The notes beneath the pieces are model-generated. The model was not told where the DNA came from and did not search any database. It was given only the letters and a program-made list of their open reading frames with translations. From Candidatus Poribacteria bacterium (GTDB taxonomy: Bacteria; Poribacteria; WGA-4E; WGA-3G): a stretch of DNA of 64,000 bases. Shown here one piece after another: positions 58,253 through 64,000 of the stretch. Location: assembly GCA_965214095.1 (NCBI GenBank), contig OZ243938.1, forward strand, positions 206,482-270,481. Reading direction: 5' to 3'. Numbering within the stretch: position 1 is the stretch's first letter; each line of letters opens with the position of its first letter. A program made the translations under genes and the position numbers.

Positions 58253-59194
58253 CTAAAATAACAACTGAGTGCCTTCCATTTCCTTAGATCTTTCGCCACC
58301 AAGTGTGAGATTAAACTGGAAACCGGGATTGTTGTTTATTCCAATCTGAAATGCTAATGTACTGGAAACTTCATAACGGAATGCCAGACCCATCACGTTT
58401 GACACACTCACCCCAGAATATAATAGTTCACGAGAGTAATCTGCTGCAAACCACATATTATCTGCGATAGAGATTTCACCACCGCCGAAATAACTAAAAT
58501 TAAATGAGTCTGACGTGCGGACAGATTTTGATGAAAGGAGTACTCCCGCCCCACCGTGTAATTTAATAGCTGCACCAACTCTCTGCGTGCCTACAAAATA
58601 AGTGTTTATACCGGCAAATGGATATCCGTCAATTGGATCAGGATCAAGAAATTCGTCATTAGAATTAAGGCGATCATCAGCAGTATAACCGGAAAAGAAT
58701 TCTGCACCAATAGAGATACTTGGTAAACCATCATTTTTTTCAGGTTTGAGATTATATTTGAGTCCAATTAATCCTTCATTTAAGGGTTGGTCATATACAC
58801 GGGCTGGATTGACATCTGCATCAGCCGTATCGTAAAAATCATCAACCACTTTGTGGACATTTCCTACAGAGAGCGTAGCACCAAGATGAAGGTCAACTTG
58901 ATTACTCAATCCATAAGTGAACCGGACAGGAATGAAGAAAGTTTCTATTTCAAGTGAAGCGTGTGTCTGTCGTTCAAATCCACCGATAAAGACAGTCTGT
59001 GTCTCTTCAGGTTCTAATGTCTGTTTTGAATACTGAAACAACCCGAAAGTTGTCATTGAACCACCTTTACCTAACGGTTCAGCGGTTTGTATGCTTGTCA
59101 GTTGTGAAACGGGTGGGGTTTGGGCATAGATTACTGTATTTAATGCAGTGAATAGAAATAATGCTAAAGTTGCAATTCGTTTTATATAGAACAT
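58253..59194 (-). CDS. Putative outer-membrane beta-barrel protein
   Basis: Signal peptide and a C-terminal Phe. Confidence 0.4.
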   Translation of the reverse strand: MFYIKRIATLALFLFTALNTVIYAQTPPVSQLTSIQTAEPLGKGGSMTTFGLFQYSKQTLEPEETQTVFIGGFERQTHASLEIETFFIPVRFTYGLSNQVDLHLGATLSVGNVHKVVDDFYDTADADVNPARVYDQPLNEGLIGLKYNLKPEKNDGLPSISIGAEFFSGYTADDRLNSNDEFLDPDPIDGYPFAGINTYFVGTQRVGAAIKLHGGAGVLLSSKSVRTSDSFNFSYFGGGEISIADNMWFAADYSRELLYSGVSVSNVMGLAFRYEVSSTLAFQIGINNNPGFQFNLTLGGERSKEMEGTQLLF

Positions 59195-59229
59195 AATAAT
59201 TCCTTTAATCTTATCTCAAATTTTGTTTA

Positions 59230-60387
59230 TCAATATATTGCTTGTGCTTCCACTAAAATACTTTCGTCTCGTTCACCTTCAAGTGTTGGCGTGTCATCGA
59301 ATGCAGAGATGAAGTAGACTCTTAAGAAGAATTCACCGCCGATAACAATTGGGTCTTCACCAGAAAGTGTAACACTTGTTTCACCCGGTTTCAACAGTCG
59401 CCGTGGCACGTAATTTTCATCTTTATCTATGGAATATATCTGATATCCCACGAGGTCATTCTCTTTGTTGTTGTCATCCCATGTCATTAACACATCATAT
59501 TTATTATTAAATAATGATCGACCAAAATAACTTGCTCGAAAATTTTCTGGAGGTGCAGGAGGCAGATTCGGTGAAGTAGCAGTAATTTCTGTAATTCCTT
59601 CAACACCAAATTCATCCACTGCAGCTATACGGTAAACTTTGGTAATATTATCGTGACGAAAACTTCCATCAACATAGAAGCTTTGTTCTCGTGTGAGTTC
59701 AATTGCTTCTCTAAATTTTAATGGAACATCAACACCTTCATAAAATGCTATATATATTCGAAATGAATCAAAATCGTTAGGAAAAGGATAGTTTTCCCAA
59801 AATAGATTGACTCTGAGATCAGCAGGTTCTCCGAGTGTTACAACTGGCTGTGGTGGGGCTATGCTTGGCGTTACAATTACTGTCGGCCATACACGAATTG
59901 GGTCTGCAGATACGTCTGGTGGATTTTCTGGATTTGGTGTTTCAACGTCATTTATATCAACATAGGAAATTCTATATTCATAAGCTACATTTGTTCCATC
60001 TGCAGCTTTACGATCATTTTCTATATTTTGGTTATCCACAAATTCACTTTCTGTTGCATCCACAGTACCGATTAACTCAAAAGGTTCATCTGATTTGTTA
60101 TCTGTACGACGGTAGATTTTGTACGATTTTACACCTTCAGATTCTATCTTATTCCAAGTTATTCGCACCTCTCTGTCACCTGGAAATAACGTCAATCCAT
60201 CAGGTGATCCAGAGGTCCGCAAGTTTTCTGAGTCCAGTGGATTGGCATAATCCTCAGTATTTGTGCATGCCCCTATCATCGTTATTATTAAGAACAAAGG
60301 TAATAGGAACAGGATTGTTTTTATTTGATATGAAAAATTAGATTGAGTTCTATTTAAACAACACAATGAAAACATTTTTTCCTCCAC
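59230..60387 (-). CDS. Fn3-repeat lipoprotein
   Basis: Lipobox MIGAC. Fn3-like modules RITWNKIESEGVKSYKIYRR and LMTWDDNNKENDLVGYQIY. True start may be an internal Met. Confidence 0.5.
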   Translation of the reverse strand: MEEKMFSLCCLNRTQSNFSYQIKTILFLLPLFLIITMIGACTNTEDYANPLDSENLRTSGSPDGLTLFPGDREVRITWNKIESEGVKSYKIYRRTDNKSDEPFELIGTVDATESEFVDNQNIENDRKAADGTNVAYEYRISYVDINDVETPNPENPPDVSADPIRVWPTVIVTPSIAPPQPVVTLGEPADLRVNLFWENYPFPNDFDSFRIYIAFYEGVDVPLKFREAIELTREQSFYVDGSFRHDNITKVYRIAAVDEFGVEGITEITATSPNLPPAPPENFRASYFGRSLFNNKYDVLMTWDDNNKENDLVGYQIYSIDKDENYVPRRLLKPGETSVTLSGEDPIVIGGEFFLRVYFISAFDDTPTLEGERDESILVEAQAIY

Positions 60388-60406
60388 AGATTATTTGTCT
60401 TGTGAA

Positions 60407-60943
60407 TCAGAAACGGTACAAAAATTGTAGGCTTGCGCGTTGTGTTTGAAAATCGTAATTCGGTTGAACACTAAATAACTGTGACCTACCGTAAATCTGA
60501 TTATTTGTTGTTCTGGGTGAAGATGATATGTTCAATGGATATTGATTATTCAGGAATGCATTTCCTGGATTGTCCGATGTTGAAGCAGTATCAACTGTAG
60601 CATTATGAAATTGGTTCATAATGGAAAATAAAACAGCAAATCCAATACAACCATACCCAACACGAGACATGATTGTCGTTGCATTTTCTCTGAGAACTGT
60701 TTCATCTTTTAGGCTTTGTATATCAGCTTGCGTTGTAGCAGAAAGATATTCTTCATATTTGTTTTCTGCAGAAGTGTTCAAAAATGTACTACCAACCTGA
60801 AAACCTATACCAGATATTAGGAGTGTTATCGCAAGTCCATTTGATCGTTTCTTTGCGTGAACTGGTGATATTGTTAAACAAAGTAAAACAATACACAATA
60901 TTCCAATTATTAAACGGTTCGGTTTCAAACCCAAATGTATCAT
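60407..60943 (-). CDS. Hypothetical secreted/membrane protein
   Basis: N-terminal hydrophobic segment. Confidence 0.4.
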   Translation of the reverse strand: MIHLGLKPNRLIIGILCIVLLCLTISPVHAKKRSNGLAITLLISGIGFQVGSTFLNTSAENKYEEYLSATTQADIQSLKDETVLRENATTIMSRVGYGCIGFAVLFSIMNQFHNATVDTASTSDNPGNAFLNNQYPLNISSSPRTTNNQIYGRSQLFSVQPNYDFQTQRASLQFLYRF

Positions 60944-61267
60944 TATTCTGTATATTCCTTTCAGATGTGTTTGATATAATTAATAGTTAAGTGTATCTGA
61001 TTATTTTTTGAAAGTCAATGTAAAATGAAATGAAGGGAGAATTCTTCAATCGTTCAAATTCAATATTTCCTGTTTAGGTAAGAAGTTAGTGCCAAGAACT
61101 TTACACACCATCCAGAACAACTTCAATTTGACAAATTGACTATAAAGTGTTAAAATTGTTTAGTTTTGTTAGCAACATAGCGTGTTTGCAGACTAATGCC
61201 AATGATAGATGAAATTAATATATCGAACTCACGTTAATAAATATGTTAATATAAGGAATACAGACAT

Positions 61268-62014
61268 TTGACATCAGAAAGTGTTCTGCAATACCTCCAC
61301 GGGGTAATACAAAAAAAGAAGGCTGGTTATCTGGTTCTCATTGATCCCGATGTATATGAGATTGAGAGATGTGCTAATCTTGCTTGTGAGATTGAACGAG
61401 CTGGTGCTGATGCGATCTTACTTGGTGGTAGTCTTTTGACCAATGACCTTCGTCCGATTGCAGAACACTTGAAAGCATCCACAACTCTACCTATAATCCT
61501 GTTCCCTGGTGATTCTATGCATCTGACACCTTATGCAGATGCCATTCTTTATATGAGCTTAATTAGTGGTCGAAACCCAAATTATCTTATTGGTGAACAG
61601 GTCAAAGCTGCTCCGTGGATACAACAGTATAATCTGGAGCCAATTCCAACAGGTTATATGTTGATTGATGGTGGTAATAGAACTACAGTTGAATTTATGA
61701 GTGGCACTGTACCAATCCCGCGTAATAAACCAGATATTGCTGGTACACACGCTTTGGCAGCACAATACCTTGGAATGAAAATGGTCTACTTAGAAGCGGG
61801 AAGTGGTGCTGAACTTCCTGTGCCTGACGACTTAATTGCAAAGGTTCATGCCCAAATTAATATACCACTGATAGTTGGTGGCGGTATCCGATCCCCCCAA
61901 ATGGCTTCTCAGAAAGTTAATGCTGGTGCAGATTTCATTGTCACTGGTAATATCCTTGAAGAAAATCACTCCTATCATTTTATGAAACAATTTGCCGATG
62001 CAATACACGGATGA
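61268..62014 (+). CDS. pcrB: Geranylgeranylglyceryl / heptaprenylglyceryl phosphate synthase family protein (PcrB/GGGPS)
   Basis: TTG start. LVLIDPD ... GGGIRSPQMASQKVNAGADFIVTGN aligns with the PcrB motifs KLDP...GGGI...GAD.IVVGN. Confidence 0.6.
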   Translation: MTSESVLQYLHGVIQKKKAGYLVLIDPDVYEIERCANLACEIERAGADAILLGGSLLTNDLRPIAEHLKASTTLPIILFPGDSMHLTPYADAILYMSLISGRNPNYLIGEQVKAAPWIQQYNLEPIPTGYMLIDGGNRTTVEFMSGTVPIPRNKPDIAGTHALAAQYLGMKMVYLEAGSGAELPVPDDLIAKVHAQINIPLIVGGGIRSPQMASQKVNAGADFIVTGNILEENHSYHFMKQFADAIHG

Positions 62015-62090
62015 ACTTGACACGAGATATTCTCAAAATTCAGTACTCAGTATTATATTGATAATAATAACGAAAGAGAGGTAATTCATC

Positions 62091-62822
62091 ATGTCTGAAA
62101 ATAATGAAAATGAGGTAGTTATAGAAATAGAAACGGAAGAAAACGATAAACCGGATTTTCTAATTGATGAATCAAAAGAAGAAACAGAAACATCTAATGA
62201 AACAGAAGAACGCACAATAGAAACTGTTGAAGCAGAACTTGAAGCACTTAAGGAAGATTTTAAAAATAAACTGGAAGCAGTCGCAGAAATAGAACGTGAG
62301 CAGTATCAAGCTGAACGGGAACGTTTACTTCGTACTGCCGCTGAAGCAGAAAATTCAAAAAAACGTATAGAAATAGATGCTCAGAAGCAGCTAAAATATG
62401 CCAATAAGACCCTTGTTGAAGGTTTGATTCCAGTATTAGATAGTATTGAAGCAGCGATAAAGAGCCTATCGGATAAAAAAGATGAAAGCGAGACATCTAC
62501 AGATGTTACACACTTCAGTGATGGAGTCCAGTTAGTTCAGAAACAACTGTTAGATGTGTTGAAAACAAATGGACTCACTACAATAGAAGCAGTTGGTGGA
62601 CCTTTTGATCCTAATCAACATGAAGCGGTATTTGCAACTGAATCAGATGATGTCCCGGAAGGAGAGGTAATTGAGGAATTTAGATGTGGCTACCAATTAC
62701 ACGATCAGATTCTTCGTGCTGCACAAGTAATTGTTTCAAAAGGTAGACCTAAAGAAGAAGCTGAAACTGAAGACACTGAAACACAACAAGAGGATAACAC
62801 TACCAAGAATAGTGATGAGTAA
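62091..62822 (+). CDS. grpE: Nucleotide exchange factor GrpE (long acidic N-terminal extension)
   Basis: GrpE C-terminal signature. Confidence 0.8.
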   Translation: MSENNENEVVIEIETEENDKPDFLIDESKEETETSNETEERTIETVEAELEALKEDFKNKLEAVAEIEREQYQAERERLLRTAAEAENSKKRIEIDAQKQLKYANKTLVEGLIPVLDSIEAAIKSLSDKKDESETSTDVTHFSDGVQLVQKQLLDVLKTNGLTTIEAVGGPFDPNQHEAVFATESDDVPEGEVIEEFRCGYQLHDQILRAAQVIVSKGRPKEEAETEDTETQQEDNTTKNSDE

Positions 62823-62845
62823 TCTCAATTTAGGTAGAAAATGCT

Positions 62846-63952
62846 ATGATGCAAAAGCGGGATTATTACGATATACTAGATGTGAGCAGAGATGCTAACG
62901 AGGACGAAATAAAGAAAGCATATCGAAAGTTAGCAATCAAGTATCATCCTGATAAAAATCCGGATGACAAAGAAGCAGAAGCAAAGTTTATTGAAGCAGC
63001 CGAAGCTTACGATGTCTTGTTGACTCCAGAAAAACGTCAACGTTATGATCAATATGGTCATGCTGGTTTAGAAGGTATGTCATCAGGACATGGTGTAGGG
63101 ATAAATATAGACGAAATAATTAATGATGTGTTTGGTGAGATGTTTGGTGGATTTCGTAGAAGTAGAACCAGACAAGGTCGAAGTCTGCAAACAAATCTTG
63201 AGATTACACTTGAAGATGCCTATAGTGGAAAAGAAGTGGCAATTGAAGTTCCACGAGTAGAATCATGTCCTGATTGTGATGGAAGTGGTGCGGAAAAAGG
63301 TTCAACTGTTGATACTTGTCCGCAGTGCTATGGACGTGGACAAGTGACGCAATCACAAGGATTCTTTACGCTGCAACGCACTTGCCATCGTTGTCATGGT
63401 AGTGGTGAAGTGATACAGAAACCGTGTAGAAATTGTAATGGACAAGGACGCGTTAGAGTTAAACGTGAGATTAAACTAAAAATTGACAAGGGTGTAGATA
63501 CCGGTTTTGAGTATCGTCTACAGGGACAAGGAGAAGTAGGAGCATCGGGAGGTGTTCCCGGAGACCTCCTTGTTGTCCTTCATGTTGCCCCACACGATAG
63601 ATTTAAACGGAGTGGGAATGATCTAATTACTTCAACAAAAGTTTCGTTTGTACAGGCAGCACTTGGATGTACTATTGAGGTTAATGGTATTGATGGATCA
63701 CACCAATTGGTTATTCCGGCGGGAACACAATATGGAGACCAATTGCGTATACAAGGCAAAGGGATGCCAAAATATCGTAGTTCCAGTTTTGGTGACCTTG
63801 TGGTACATGTGGGTATTGAAACACCGAGGAATATTACTGATGAACAACGTAAACTATTAGAGAACTTTGATGAACTGCATGAAGGCACATCAGATTCTAG
63901 CAATGGTGGATTTTGGGATAAACTGTTTAGCCTAATAGATGATAAAGATTGA
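62846..63952 (+). CDS. dnaJ: Molecular chaperone DnaJ
   Basis: J domain with HPD, G/F region, four CxxCxGxG zinc-finger repeats. Confidence 0.9.
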   Translation: MMQKRDYYDILDVSRDANEDEIKKAYRKLAIKYHPDKNPDDKEAEAKFIEAAEAYDVLLTPEKRQRYDQYGHAGLEGMSSGHGVGINIDEIINDVFGEMFGGFRRSRTRQGRSLQTNLEITLEDAYSGKEVAIEVPRVESCPDCDGSGAEKGSTVDTCPQCYGRGQVTQSQGFFTLQRTCHRCHGSGEVIQKPCRNCNGQGRVRVKREIKLKIDKGVDTGFEYRLQGQGEVGASGGVPGDLLVVLHVAPHDRFKRSGNDLITSTKVSFVQAALGCTIEVNGIDGSHQLVIPAGTQYGDQLRIQGKGMPKYRSSSFGDLVVHVGIETPRNITDEQRKLLENFDELHEGTSDSSNGGFWDKLFSLIDDKD

Positions 63953-64000
63953 GAATATTTCATTTCAAACTCAAGTTGTCACTCGTTTCTAATTTTTATG

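Noticed and set aside
62015-62090. CIRCE (TTAGCACTC-N9-GAGTGCTAA) heat-shock operator upstream of grpE
   Set aside because: Only a weak partial resemblance (ttcagtactc...) with no matching second half.
1-64000. CRISPR arrays, rRNA and tRNA genes
   Set aside because: No regularly spaced direct repeats, no rRNA-like conserved stretches, and no cloverleaf-compatible sequences were seen in the longer intergenic regions.

Overview
Call: bacterial window, densely coding on both strands, no rRNA, tRNA or CRISPR array recognised. Likely source is an uncultivated FCB-group-like bacterium. This is inferred from a PorV-like outer-membrane protein next to a cargo with a T9SS-type C-terminal sorting domain, a PcrB/GGGPS homolog, sulfatase, many Gfo/Idh/MocA, PhyH and xylose-isomerase-type TIM-barrel genes, and strong AAGGAG-type SDs. 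Coding content: HepT/MntA toxin-antitoxin pair; citramalate synthase; FAD-linked oxidase; amidase; arylsulfatase; QueF; SppA; Pcm; aminotransferase; homoserine kinase; UppS-family isoprenyl transferase; RsgA; Dtd; TPP-dependent keto-acid decarboxylase; LLM flavin oxidoreductase; GrpE-DnaJ; a 1117-aa WD40/TPR protein. Most unusual feature (41.5-48.1 kb, minus strand): five tandem ~345-aa Gfo/Idh/MocA paralogs, each with its own SD, nearly identical except for one 13-15-residue hypervariable loop. The array is interrupted by an Rpn/YhgA-type recombination-promoting nuclease gene carrying a single in-frame TAA, and is flanked by PhyH, another Gfo/Idh/MocA gene and an orphan SBP. Other observations: a P-type-ATPase homolog with every catalytic motif degenerate; SppA fused to an N-terminal NPAGL-motif (PorV/FadL-like) domain; three families of short intergenic palindromic repeats (REP/MITE-like) whose stems show compensatory base changes. 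All functional calls rest on motifs read by eye; no database search was run.
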